A DNA stretch of 63,972 nucleotides, the filler included, from Collodictyon triciliatum (lineage: Eukaryota), in assembly GCA_043381765.1 (NCBI GenBank). It is 24 parts of 23 records of this genome, joined end to end, with 100 filler letters (N's around TTAATTAATTAA, not from the genome) between each part and the next. Parts side by side here need not be neighbours in the genome. Positions count along the whole stretch, not along the records: positions 1 to 2,614 come from JBHJMP010008580.1; positions 2,715 to 5,327 come from JBHJMP010008581.1; positions 5,428 to 8,040 come from JBHJMP010008582.1; positions 8,141 to 10,753 come from JBHJMP010008583.1; positions 10,854 to 13,466 come from JBHJMP010008584.1; 19 more parts are not named here. One strand, 5' to 3'. Shown here in pieces: positions 1 through 12,059 of the stretch. Position numbers and translations under genes: made by a program. How positions within the stretch are numbered: position 1 is the first letter of the stretch; every line of letters starts with the position of its first letter. The notes beneath the pieces were generated by a model. The model searched no databases. It was not told where the DNA came from and worked only from the letters and a program-made list of their open reading frames with translations.

Positions 1-183
1 TTTTTTGTCGTTTTTTTTTTTTTTGCTTCAGAATGTAACGGGTTAGGAGAAGGAAAGAGCGCCAGTGTAATAATACTATTTTCCAGACAATGTGTTCTTT
101 GTCTGTTTCAGTGTATTTATTGTTTCTCAGCATAGGACACTTTTTCTTCTTCATATTGGGTTTTTTTTTATTTTTTATTTTTT

Positions 184-2504
184 TTATTGTACTTGTTCTC
201 TCCAACTCTCAGTGCGATCACCACATATATTCGCGTCGCGAGGTGTAAAATAGAACAACCTTTGAAAATTCTGGTCTGGACTTGAATACCGCCTCACGGC
301 CACAAACAAACAAACCTTGCAAATTATGTAAAGAGAAGATTCAACACCAATCGCTCTGGGCCGCCGGGATCTGCCTCGCTGTTCAATGGCTGAATGTAAT
401 ATCTGCACAGTCGGTTTTTATTGCGCTCAAAATGAATCCTATGAGCTGGACTTGAGTCGAGTTGAACTTTGGTTAAGTCCTGATGTTGGTGGTCTGACAG
501 GCTTCTTGTTTTCATCTGTCGACGTCTGTTTCGGAAAAGTGTGTTGGGTAAGTGTTTTTATTTAGGCTTTTAGCTACAATGTGGTGGCGTATGATATGCC
601 AGATATATATATGATAAAGTCATTGCTTATTATAGCTCCTCATGAAATATATATATATATATATTGTCCTTCAATCAAAGATGAAATGAACACAATGTTA
701 TGAAGAGTTTTTTTCCCTTTGTTCGATTCAAAGTAAAATTATACGACAAGTTCAATAATTTTTGTAATGATTTTCTTGTTCATATATATATATATATATG
801 GCTATACCGATTTTGTTAGTAAATTAGGTCTGGCATTTTTTGTGTTAGGAGACAAAAGGCTATTCTGGGACACTGTAGCTTTTTTTTTAAAAAAAAAAAA
901 GGGAGTGGAGATGATTTATCAGGTATTATCGATGGACATAAGGTGTTGAGATTAGATATTTCACCGAGATTTTTTTTTGATATTGTTTTATCGTTTGGGT
1001 CGAAAAGGAAAAGAATGATTTCATCAAAACCTTGTGGTTTAGGTGATTGAGTTCTTGACAGGAATGATGGGGATTGGCCCCTCGCCAAATAGGAGCTTTG
1101 CAAAGGTGTTTGTCTCATATTTACTGCATTAGACATTCTAGCGGCGGCTGAAGCATATTCAAATGATCGAATATATAACAAATTAAAATACTGTGTTGCA
1201 TATAATTTATACTGCTCTACAACAACTAACACGGGTATGGCTCTGGTATTAATATGGCATATAGTTCATAAAGAGAATGGTCACTAAGATAAAAAAAGTG
1301 AGTATGTAATTGTCATATACAAAAACCCGAGGCAGATGACGAACGAATGCTTTTGGTATGATTGGTATCTGTCTTCCGTACGGCTTCTTTCAAAAATGAA
1401 TTTCCTGCGGCAAGATTGTGCTCTTGGACTACGTTTTACAACAAGAATATTATATGTGGGTATGATATACCGACATGAACCGATAGACTATTTTTGATAC
1501 TGTGGCTGTCGTTGTCTAGAATAGAATATAACCATGATTAAACGAGGGACTCTGTGCGCGACTTGTATGAATAGATCTACCGAAATTTGATAAAAATCAG
1601 CGCCCTTTTTTATGAGTCGATACACAAGTACACTCTACATGAATGATTACAAGCCATGGATGAAGCAATATGAGAGAAAGGGATATGTACAAAATATTAC
1701 ATATGTATATTTATCGGTCAATCATATCTGGGATTTTTTTTGTAGTATTCATACTTTCCAAGATTTTGAGTATAGCCAGGCTTAAGGATGAAACTCTCTG
1801 AATGTTTTAGAATAATGTTTATTTTATGCAGCATAAGGTCCCTGTAAAATCGATAGGATTCCATTCGGTGTGTGTTTGTAAATGTTCGTTTTGTTATTTT
1901 CATTTGATATCGTCTGCATACTGTACGCGGGAAAGGCAGGGAGAATCAATGATGCATTGAAGTTGGACCAAATAACTGATATTTGTGTTATTTGGAACTA
2001 TGTACCCATCTTAAAATAGCATTTTAACCTTTGCTTGATGTCCTTGTGAGCTGGCATGGTGCAGGACTCGAGGCTGGAACGGGCTCTGCGTTGCAAGAAA
2101 AGAATTTCTCCGACTTTGGCGTACTTTGAGGGGCGTCTGTGAAAGGAAAATTCGTATGAGTATTATTGCATAAGCGAGGTTTGAAATCATAAATATACAC
2201 CCAAAAATAACCTCCCTTAGATTTAGAGTGAGTATTTTTTTTAAAAAAAAATAAGAATAAAAAAAGGAGAATTGGGAAAAGGATATCAATTCATTTTAAG
2301 CTCAAGCATATAATTATTAATCACTCTGATCATTATTTGGGCGCGTTATTTTTCCTTCTTTTAATGGGACTCGCGGAGGAAGAGAATGTATTCTCGATAT
2401 AGTTTCTACTACTTCAGGGTTTTTTTGGCAAAAGTCTTGAACAATGTGCCTATCTATGTCTTCATCGGTAAACTGAGTGGGACCTGTAGCTTCAGCGGCC
2501 AGCT
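184..2504 (-). CDS. Fragment of multi-exon gene, unknown Ser/Gln-rich product
   Basis: Open exon-like segments bounded by AG/GT, e.g. LAAEATGPTQFTDEDIDRHIVQDFCQKNPEV, TPLKVRQSRRNSFLATQSPFQPRVLHHASSQGHQAK and QEHNLAAGNSFLKEAVRKTDTNHTKSIRSSSAS. No recognisable domain; boundaries approximate. Confidence 0.35.
708..734 (-). mobile_element. Tiny 3'-terminal fragment of LINE family A
   Basis: Reverse complement ACTTTGAATCGAACAAAGGGAAAAAAA matches the family A terminus ACTTTGAATCGAATAAAGG(A)n. Confidence 0.6.
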
Positions 2505-2519
2505 AATTCACGTTGAATG

Positions 2520-2614
<95 letters not shown>

Positions 2615-2714
2615 NNNNNNNNNNNNNNNNNNNNNNNNNNNNNNNNNNNNNNNNNNNNTTAATTAATTAANNNNNNNNNNNNNNNNNNNNNNNNNNNNNN
2701 NNNNNNNNNNNNNN
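2615..2714. other. Artificial contig-joining linker (N44-TTAATTAATTAA-N44; stops in all six frames)
   Basis: The identical 100-nt spacer recurs with cores at about 2659, 5372, 8085, 10798, 13511, 16224, 18933, 21641, 23452, 29283, 31991, 34698, 37405, 40111, 42816, 45520, 48224, 50922, 53624, 56326, 59028, 61727 and 62871. Most intervening pieces decline steadily from ~2613 to ~2600 bp, as expected for size-sorted contigs. Confidence 0.98.
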
Positions 2715-2809
<95 letters not shown>

Positions 2810-2943
2810 TAATCATAATAATAATAATAATGATAATCATAATCATAATCATAATGATAATGATAATAATAAAAAATAAAAATAAAAATAAAAAAGACTA
2901 TATGTCTAAAGAAAATTTTTCTTCGTCAATGTCTGAAAAATAC

Positions 2944-3886
2944 TCTGGGGTCTTTTTTTATGTCCAGTCTGGGACGGTCTTTCTTGTCCACTCTCGGGTC
3001 CACAAACAAGTCAACTAGAGAATTGCGATACAATTCAAGCATATAGCACCTATGTATTTATACGATTGTTGGTCTGCCATTAAAAAAAAAAAAAAGGGGG
3101 TTGCAATTGTGAGAATTCCGAAAAATCTCGGATAAATGAATTTCACGTATTAAATTTCTTATAAATCTCTTCATTTGTTTCCTTTGGAGGAATAGAAACT
3201 CACGATACTTCCATACTATATAATCGACTATTTTTCGCTCGCAAGTCGAATATTTCTTGCATCGAACGAGGAGCAAGACCACGAAGTGTTGGATTTTCTG
3301 TCGGTCCATACATCGTGAACCTGTTCCAGTTGCCATTTTTGATTATTTACTATGAAAAAGTAACAACAGTACCTTTTGTGGCCAATAAAAAAAACCAAGG
3401 GAAATTTAGTGATGTTCAGAAGGACTAAAAAAGCTCACGTTTTTCCGGAACCTGTTTGTCCATATGCAAAGATACAAACATTGTAACCATCGATTGCAGA
3501 CTGAACCAATCCCTGGAGTACCATTACGCGTTAATTCAAAATATTGTCATCTTCCTTTATTTCATCATCAGATATTAAAGACCAGCACTAGTTATCATTT
3601 ATCATTTATCATCTATCATCTATCATCTATCATCTATCATCTATCATCTATCATCTATCATCTATCATCTATCATCTATCATCTATCATCTATCATCTAT
3701 CATCTATCAAATCCTACTTTGCAGGCTTCGAATATTCCGTCTTGGGAGCCTTCACCCCACGGTGAAAATATGGAATCGTACGTAAAGTTTCGTCCTTTTC
3801 CTTCCTTCATCACTGATATAGATTAATGATTGGTGGTTTTTAATCGTTTTTTTTTTTTATTGAACTTNNNNNNNNNNAAAAAAAAA

Positions 3887-3955
<69 letters not shown>

Positions 3956-5085
3956 GAAAGTTGATAAACCAATATCTATATGGTGAAGTAAATCAATCAA
4001 ATAATTATTAGAATTACCAGATACTGTGAACTCATCCACGGGGATGACTGCTTGTGCACATGCACGCTAATTAAATACATGTACACTTTAATTTGGGGGA
4101 TTGCAATATGGACCATGTTTTCAAAACACAAAAGTACATTTATCAAGAGTCACCTCTTTTTCTTTTTCGCTCATAGGTCGAATACGACAATAAACACGGA
4201 TTTTGCCCTTAACGTCTGTTCATGTATTGATGCCATTATTTAATAAAAAGTGAAAAAATTCAATAATTTATTGTTATATGATTAATGTTTCTAAATGTCT
4301 TTCTAACATGGTTTATTCATAGATAATAGTATAACACCTTCCAACTCATTGTGAATTTTCTTTCTGATTTGTTGCTCGTCTTTAAACTTGGCTTTCAGTT
4401 CTTCTGATTCCTTTTCTGCTTTTGCACATCGCTCCTTTGCTTCCTTGAGCTCTTTCAGAAGCAGGGCGTCCTCCTAAATGACCGAGGAATTATTTTACTG
4501 AGAAAAAAAACAAGAGAGAGAAGAAAACAAAGCAGATGTAATTTTATTTCATTTATTTTGCTCCATAAGAGTGTAGTATTGACGTAAAAAAAAAGCGTGT
4601 GAAACAATTTATGAATGCGAAGTTCTGCCAATTCACCTGAATCTTCTTGAGTTGGGCCTGTATTGTCCCTTCTTGTTCAAGAACTTTGGCTTCTGAGTCT
4701 TTCAGCTTCTCGCTTGTTTGTTTCAGTTTCTCCTTCAATTTTGTAGCTGCTTCCATCAGTTTTTCGGATTTGGCCTTGTATTCCCCACCTTCCTTTTGAG
4801 CAGCAGACAAGGTTGCGTTGAGCTCATTGATATTTGTGTTTGCAGTGGCTAGCTGTTGTTCTAACGAAGCCTTCGCCTCTTCCAGGTTTTTGTTCTGAGC
4901 CTCCAAGTTGGTGATTTTCTCTTTGGCTTGGTCGACCTAGTGTATTCAACAGGATCAGTGGGTCCATATAAATACGCCATGAAACCAACTAAGTAGTTTT
5001 GGTAATTTTCTGTCAGAATTTATTCTCACCATTCCTTTTAACTGCTTCCCAGCTTCTTTCAGTTTTTTGGACGTATCCTCCACAC
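2944..5085 (-). CDS. Kinesin-14 (C-terminal motor, KCBP/KIFC-like), partial, ~10 exons
   Basis: Coiled-coil exons followed by neck and motor exons: [88 protein letters not shown]...[25 protein letters not shown]...LDIKKD. GT-AG introns with consistent phase. Confidence 0.95.
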
Positions 5086-5427
5086 CTATTAGTGAATATT
5101 TGCAAACGCATACGCAAAAGAAAAAATATGTATCATATTAGAACGTACAAGAGAACCAATACGTATAAGACGAATTTTGTTTTGTTTTGTTTGTTTTGTT
5201 TTGTTTTGTTTTGTTATGTTTTGTTTTGGTTTGTTTTGGTTTGGTTTGGTTTGGTTTGGTTTGGTTTGGTTTGGTTTGGTTTGGTTTGGTTTGGTTTGGT
5301 TTGGTTTGGTTTGGTTTGGTTTGGTTTNNNNNNNNNNNNNNNNNNNNNNNNNNNNNNNNNNNNNNNNNNNNTTAATTAATTAANNNNNNNNNNNNNNNNN
5401 NNNNNNNNNNNNNNNNNNNNNNNNNNN

Positions 5428-5697
5428 GAAGAAGCTAGAAAAGCTGAAGAAGCTAGAAAAGCTGAAGAAGCTAGAAAAGCTGAAGAAGCTAGAAAAGCTG
5501 AAGAAGCTAGAAAAGCTGAAGAAGCTAGAAAAGCTGAAGAAGCTAGAAAAGCTGAAGAAGCTAGAAAAGCTGAAGAAGCTAGAAAAGCTGAAGAAGCTAG
5601 AAAAGCTGAAGAAGCTAGAAAAGCTGAAGAAGCTAGAAGAGCTGAAGAAGCTAAAAAAGCTGAAGAAGCTAAAAAGGCTGAAGAAGCTAAAAGAGCA
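5428..5697 (+). repeat. Coding 18-bp tandem repeat (GAAGAAGCTAGAAAAGCT)x~15 = EEARKA
   Basis: 11 perfect units, then EEARRA, EEAKKA, EEAKKA, EEAKRA; truncated by the contig start. Confidence 0.95.
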
Positions 5698-6854
5698 GAA
5701 TCATCGAGTATGTTAATAGACTTACCTCACATGCAGTTGCCTACTGTTTCCTCAGGGATACAACTCACAATAATCCCACCTTAGCACCACCCAGCCGCTT
5801 GGCCCTCGGCAAATACGCCGATCTCCTGACAACGGACTTTGAGAGACCAGAGAATGTCCTGGGCAGCGGCGGATTCGGGCTGGTCCTCAAGGTGCAGCTG
5901 AAGGCAGGCCTCTTTGCGGTCAAGAAGATCAGCGACGCGTCCCTCCGTGCCGCTAGCAGCGGCACAGACCCCGAGAAGGAGGGCAACATAATGCTCGAGC
6001 TGCGACACCCAAACATCTTGATGCTCCACGACTTTGGGTTCCGCGGCAGGGACCTCCTCCTCGTGATGGAGTTTGCAGACGGCGGAGAGCTCTGCTCACT
6101 GATCAAGAAGCAAGGGCCACTCAGCCTCGACCTGACCCTCAAGTACGGGCAGCACATCATCCAGGGCCTCGTCTACCTGCACACGCGCCCAAGGCCCATC
6201 CAGCACCGCGACATCAAGACCGAGAACGTCCTGCTTGTGAACGGCATCGCCAAGCTGACGGACTTCGGCCTTGCAAAGAGCGGCGTCTCAGTCAACTCGG
6301 TCAGCAAGTTCGGCGGCTCGATGAAATGGTCCCCACCCGAGGTTTTTGACACCGCTAAGGGTGTTGGGCTGCCCAGCGATGTCTACTCGTACGGCGTGGT
6401 GCTCTGGTCCATGGCGAGTGGTGAGTATCCGTACGAAGGTATGACAAACGCCGAGGTCAGCACAAAAGTCTTGAGCGGTAAACTGCTTCCTCTTCCCACA
6501 ACCTGTCCTTCTAACCTTGCAGCCCTTATCCACAAATGCTGGGAGAAGGACTACGACATTCGCGTCACTGCTCAACAGGTCGAGGCCGGGCTCAAGGGCA
6601 TCATGTCAAACCCCGTTGCTGTCCCGGTCGCGAGGCCGGGCTCCGTTAGGAAAATGGATACCGAAGAGTTGGTGGTCTACTTGAAGGACAATAAGGCCAA
6701 CCCGAAGCTGGTTCAACTTTGCCAGGAAACCCCGCTCACTGGTGCTGAGTTTGTCCTGCTGGCAGAGGAGGACTTGAAGGAGCTTGTACCAGACCTGAAA
6801 AACGTCCAGATACGGGCAGCCCTGAAGCTCATCGAGGAGGCCAGCCGCACCTAA
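5428..6854 (+). CDS. TKL/MAP3K-like Ser/Thr kinase with N-terminal (EEARKA)n repeat and C-terminal SAM-like domain; 5' partial
   Basis: GSGGFG, AVKK, HRDIKTENVLL, DFG, WSPPE and SDVYSYG motifs. The tail (MDTEELVVYLK...LTGAEFVLLAEEDLKEL) is SAM-like. A GTATGT...TTAG intron at 5708-5784 joins the repeat exon in frame. Confidence 0.92.
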
Positions 6855-7768
6855 CAACCGCCCCACTCCCTCGTTCATTTCATGGGTTTTGTAGCATTCG
6901 CTTGACCCTTTGTTGATTTCTGTCCCAATCCCCACACATCCCTATCGCACCCTCAACTGAATAAAGGAAAAACAAAATATTTCTCTGCTCCGCCCCTTTC
7001 GTCATCTCGCAAAAGAAAAAAGTAACCGTTTGCTGGTTTTGTTGCTTGGTTGCGCTGCAGGAAAAAAAAGCTGATTCTTCCGCGAGCCTGTGGTGCATGT
7101 AACTGAAACCCGTTTTCACGGAACAGGAAGTTCGTTACATTAGTGTCAAATATACAAAAGTGGATTATATACAAATAAACACAAATGATATCAAATATGC
7201 AATATATATCAACTATAATTCTATATTTCAATTATATATTATCATTTGTACTTGCATTACTGAATTTCATTTATGGTGCACAATCATTGAATGTTTCAAT
7301 CACAAATGCGACACAGAAACACCTTTACACAGACCCGAAAATGCTGCAGATCAATTGAAAAAAAGTCGGCCTTTGTTGTGCGCTAGGAAAATAGTATAGA
7401 TAGCAGGCGACTTACATCAAATCGCTATAATTGCCAAGTTGACAGATTGCTTATATTGGCCTTAATCTGGTGTATTTTGGGTTATTTTCTTTGAATGGTT
7501 CGAAAATCGTGACAGAAATCCTCAACCCGATTTTGGAATTGACCACATGAACTTTTCGTCAAATTGGTTCATATTCACTGAATTGAAAGTTTTGCGATTT
7601 ACTTCTTTTGTCATAATACACAGAATTGATAATTCAATAAAAACATCCAAAATATTCAAATCCGGAATATAATTATTCTCTCATTAAATATCATTATTTG
7701 TGCGATTAATTCAATAATAATAAGTATATTTTATGATATTAATATGATTACATATCAAATTACACAAA

Positions 7769-8006
7769 TCGTGCGATATCTCCCACAGCATATCCAACCC
7801 CCGCTATCCACGAAACCAATCAACCAGTTTGGACGCCCGCCTGACCAACTCGCTGTCACTGACTTCTTTCCAGTGCTACCCTCTCCATGGTAGTCTTCTC
7901 CTACTCGCGTTTGCTCTCTCTCTCTCATGGGCTCCCATCCCGCCCCTTTGTATGGCATAACCTCGCTACACTTTGAATCGAATAAAGGAAAAAAAAAAAA
8001 AAAAAA
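7769..8006 (+). mobile_element. 5'-truncated L1-like non-LTR retrotransposon, family A (ORF2 C-terminus, 3'UTR, polyA)
   Basis: Close match to 40237-40455 and 53680-53906; encodes VRYLPQHIQP...QLAVTDFFPVLPSPW*; ends AATAAAGG(A)18. Confidence 0.85.
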
Positions 8007-8140
8007 GGGGTTTATGTTTTTAAACTTATTCCCAAATTTTNNNNNNNNNNNNNNNNNNNNNNNNNNNNNNNNNNNNNNNNNNNNTTAATTAATTAANNNN
8101 NNNNNNNNNNNNNNNNNNNNNNNNNNNNNNNNNNNNNNNN

Positions 8141-9678
8141 TGGGGGTAGAGTTGAATGAATTCAGGCAAAAGTCTATGACTCTCGAGTCGCAGTTGCAGC
8201 AGAGCACTCTCGAATGGACTCTCAAATACGAAGTTGCCTCTAGCGAGCTCACCCAATGGAAGTCCCAGAGTAATCAACTAGCCGGTAGTTTGAGCGAGGC
8301 ACAAGTCCGGATCAGGTCTCTTGAACAGCAGAACATGCTGACCGTCAACGGATGGACTCTCAAATACGAGGCTTTGAACAGTGAGCTCTCTAACTCGAAG
8401 AAACTAATTCTTGAGCTTTCGGCCAAGCTGACAGAGTATCAAGCTACAGGAAGCTCTCCATTAAAGCCAAGCGCGCGGTCTGCACTAAGCACGGCCGAAA
8501 GCGCCAAAGATTACAAGGGTGACTCTATATCAACAGACGAGCTCACTCAATGGAAGGCCAGGAACGCTGAGCTCACCTTAAAATTGGCTGAGCTCGAGAG
8601 CACTATTCGAGATCATGAGGCCCGACTTAAGGAAGCAAACTTGGCTTTGGAGTCTAGGAATCTGACCATCTCTGCAGAAATTGATCAAGCTAAGGAATTG
8701 AACGTATCTAGAGAGGAAGTCATTCAAAAACTTGAGGGTCAAGTTTCGTCTTTGGAACGCGAAAAGAAAGAATTGGATGAAAGAACATCATCTGAGATTG
8801 AGTCTTTGCAAGAAGAGCTCCAGAAATTGCGTGAAGAGCTTGCACAGGAGCAAACGACACGTAAGTTCTACGAGGCCTTCAAAAACTTTGTGGTGCTTGA
8901 TATTGCCATTCTCAAGGAGGACCCATCGACTGACGATTCTGCAACCATAACAAAACTTGCCGAACAAATCCAAAAGTACACTGGGCTGGTCGAGGTGGAG
9001 AAGGTGGGCATTCCAAAGATGCAAGAGAGAATCACAAAATACAGCCAAGAGTTGTCGAGCTACCAAGGTTCTCTCGGTCCAAAAGAGCAAGAGAAGAAAT
9101 GGGAGTTGGAGATACTAGTCCAGCAATATGAGATGGAGCTACGGAACCGATACCGCATTCTGGCACTCGCTTCCTCTGACTTATGGTTGGCCAAGATGGA
9201 AAAGTTTGTCCTCGAATCCAGCTCTAGCTACACGGTCAGGGATCTAGAGGGACGCTTGAAAACTTTCCGCTCGCAACTTGAAGAGGTCACATCCACACTT
9301 TCGAACGTCCGCTTCAATCTCTCCCGCTTGGACAGAGACTATGCTGAAAAGCTAAGGGAGAGTGATGGAATATACAACCTCATGAAGGGGTCAACCATGT
9401 TAAAATACAAAAATGGTGGAAAAGGTTTGTGGTTGGCATCCATCCTCTTACATATCTTTACTCGATTCATGTAATGTTATTGATAAATTCTAATAGGTAA
9501 TAATAACGAATATTATCAAGTTTACAATTTTCTTGATATATGTATAAATAGGCGCCCCACACAGAAGAAAGTTTTTCCTGCATCTCTTCAACGAACCCAC
9601 GATTTTCTGGAGTCTTGAAGACATGTCCCAGAAGGAAGGAGGAATGTTCCAGTCTACAGACTATCGCCAAGGTGTGCC

Positions 9679-9775
<97 letters not shown>

Positions 9776-10511
9776 TTCACACAAAACGTTGTATGACATG
9801 CACACAGTTGTCCAAACATATAGAAGCCTATATTTTCTCACACAATATAACCCCCAACTTCCTCCTTAAGAAATCATCGTTGATGTGAAGGGAGGGTCGA
9901 GCAAACAAGTACGCGAGTCACAAAACTTAACCGCTGACGTCGAGGCGCTCTCTTTCACCATATTCACATCTACCCGAACCCTTGATTTGATTGCCCCTGA
10001 CGTGGAAAGTTACGATCTTTGGACATCTGTTCTAGGTCGCGTTCTTGAAAACTTCCGAAAAGGTAACGCGCATCACTGTAGAGCAACCTATATCCTAATG
10101 TATTTGAGAAGTATCGAGATAAATGCATATTTCTGACACCTAAGTTCGACTCTTGAAGAGGTTTATGACCTAAGAAATATTCTAGGATTTATTGGAGCCT
10201 CCCGCAATGTCCGTCTTCGCACAGAGCTAATTTTGAAAGAAGACCTTGAGGCAAACTTCAAGTACGACATATTTAAATGTCTCGATTCGATTCAGCTCTT
10301 TGATTGAACCTTAGTTGAGATGATAATCGAGAAAATAAATTACAGTTGTCATCCACTATAGCTAGTAATCCTTTGAATTAACCTACAGCCCCGAACTCGT
10401 GCGTCTTACGATTGCGAAAGAAGAAGGCCGACGCGAACAAGAAAAGAAACAGGCCTTACAGTCTATGAGCTCGACATTGAAATCACGACGCGGAAGCATC
10501 ATCCCTTCAGG
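8141..10511 (+). CDS. Long coiled-coil protein with PLC/Mcp5-type PH domain; partial
   Basis: A heptad-rich exon of >400 aa, then spliced GSTMLKYKNGGKG|APHRRKFFL...IFW and SFTIFTSTRTLDLIAPDVESYDLWTSVL, a typical PH beta-sandwich plus C-terminal helix. Confidence 0.85.
9681..9775. repeat. (ATAG)n intronic microsatellite (representative of many: TAT, TTTG, TTTTC, CA, TTTGATG, GAGAAAAAA etc.)
   Basis: Perfect tandem array inside an intron; most contig ends fall in similar simple repeats. Confidence 0.97.
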
Positions 10512-10571
10512 GTTATTCTGTAAGCCATTGCTATTTGTACTTTATTCTTGGATATGGTGTTTTGCCGATCC

Positions 10572-10626
<55 letters not shown>

Positions 10627-10853
10627 TTTTCCCTCGTCAAACAACCAATAGATTTTGATTTATTTGCTTATTTTTCTGCTTATATTTGTTTTGTTTTGTC
10701 TTCTTTTTTTTTTTTTTTTTTTTCCTATGTCTTTTTTCTTTGTTTTTTTTTTTNNNNNNNNNNNNNNNNNNNNNNNNNNNNNNNNNNNNNNNNNNNNTTA
10801 ATTAATTAANNNNNNNNNNNNNNNNNNNNNNNNNNNNNNNNNNNNNNNNNNNN

Positions 10854-11119
10854 GTGGCGTGCGTCAGTGTCTCAGTGTACTCGCCCACAAGGCGCACCAC
10901 GCAGCCGGCCGGGTAGAGTCCCTTCTCCTGCAGTCCCGCTGCTCGCTCCACCCGTCGCGTCCGTTAGTGTTCGTAGACCACATTCTCGTCGTCAAGTTGA
11001 GGCACCTCAGTCTTGTGCGCTTCGCTTGCGCTCACCGCACTTGAGCTCGGCTTGGTTGCCGTACGTGTGGTTTTTGTGCAAAACCAAAGGGAAACGTGGT
11101 TTTTGTGCAAAACCAAAGG
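10854..11119 (+). mobile_element. GC-rich dispersed repeat family B (probable 3' end of a retroelement), terminal ~25 nt duplicated
   Basis: Near-identical to the reverse complement of 61458-61682; ends GTGGTTTTTGTGCAAAACCAAAGG(GAAA) twice in tandem. Confidence 0.8.
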
Positions 11120-12059
11120 TTACAACGGGTTTGTATTTATATGTAAAAAAGTAATATATAATCTAACACACACAAATCAGTTACCCTAAGAAACTATTTC
11201 AGGGAGTTAATTACCTGTATATGTCAGACGGTTATTATATTATTCAACTCAAGTCTCATTTAAATAAATACTATGATACATAACAACAATAAGTGGTGCG
11301 GTTGAGTAAGGGATTGAAAGGTAAAACAAAAACACAGGGATTTTTCTTTATATTTGGTTATTTTGTGGTTGGTGCAATCTTACAATTACTAGCAATTATG
11401 CCAGAAAGAATATTCTGGAAGTCTGGGAAGTAAGTTTTCTATGGTTTTATGTAGTGTGCAAGGTATTTCATTTGCGATGATGTTTTGGTGGATTCCATAT
11501 TTTTTGCAATTTTTTGTTTACAATTTTTGCTTGTTCGGATTACTGTTTCTGAAGTTTTATCATTCCATTTTTTTTATATATGCTTGTACTTTATGAGATA
11601 GGCTTCATATGCTTTTGATTTCTTCGATTTATTTGTAAGATTAGCGTCCCAAGAAATGTCATATGGTAGTAGGATATCTTTCTCGGGGTTTTATGTCGGC
11701 TTGGTTCCTCTTCAGGGTCTCATAACTACCAACGTTCTTTTGCTGATTTATATAAGTTTTCTGGTATCACAATAATCATATCGCTTATGTTTATTATTTT
11801 TAATACATTAATAAATATATGACTATGTCAGGTCAAACAATCGAGGGTTACACATATTTAAAAAGAGAAAAACAATAATTTACAAAGTCAAGCCTTTATG
11901 CCATGTTCTGGACTTCGTGGTCAACGTCACAGTTAGTGTGTATCGTGGAGTATTGATTTGTTCATAGTTTTTAAGTGAACAACAGAATCGATATTCCAGA
12001 CTCATAGGGACCGCATTTTGATTATTCAACGTATGATGATTACATACACAAAGACAACA

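Noticed and set aside
1900-1920. YADDIK on the minus strand, resembling an RT catalytic motif
   Set aside because: Immediately followed by a stop, with no other RT motifs nearby.
2277-2286. ATATCCTTT on the minus strand as a U12 AT-AC donor
   Set aside because: No adjoining exon or clear TCCTTAAC branch site; all well-supported introns are GT-AG.
2659-2670. Regularly spaced palindrome TTAATTAATTAA as a CRISPR-like or biological repeat
   Set aside because: Always embedded in N runs of fixed length; it is a six-frame stop linker.
5765-6935. Antisense ORFs overlapping the kinase (and those over the NHL, GT61 and ADCY10-like exons)
   Set aside because: Shadow ORFs of GC-rich coding exons with no motifs.
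6959-6972. Kinase 3'UTR GAATAAAGGAAAAA matching the family A terminus (retrocopy idea)
   Set aside because: Only ~14 nt of A-rich polyA-signal-like match, and the gene retains an intron.
10900-10975. HDV-like or hammerhead ribozyme within repeat B
   Set aside because: The required nested pseudoknot and the CUGAUGA/GAAA cores could not be identified by eye.
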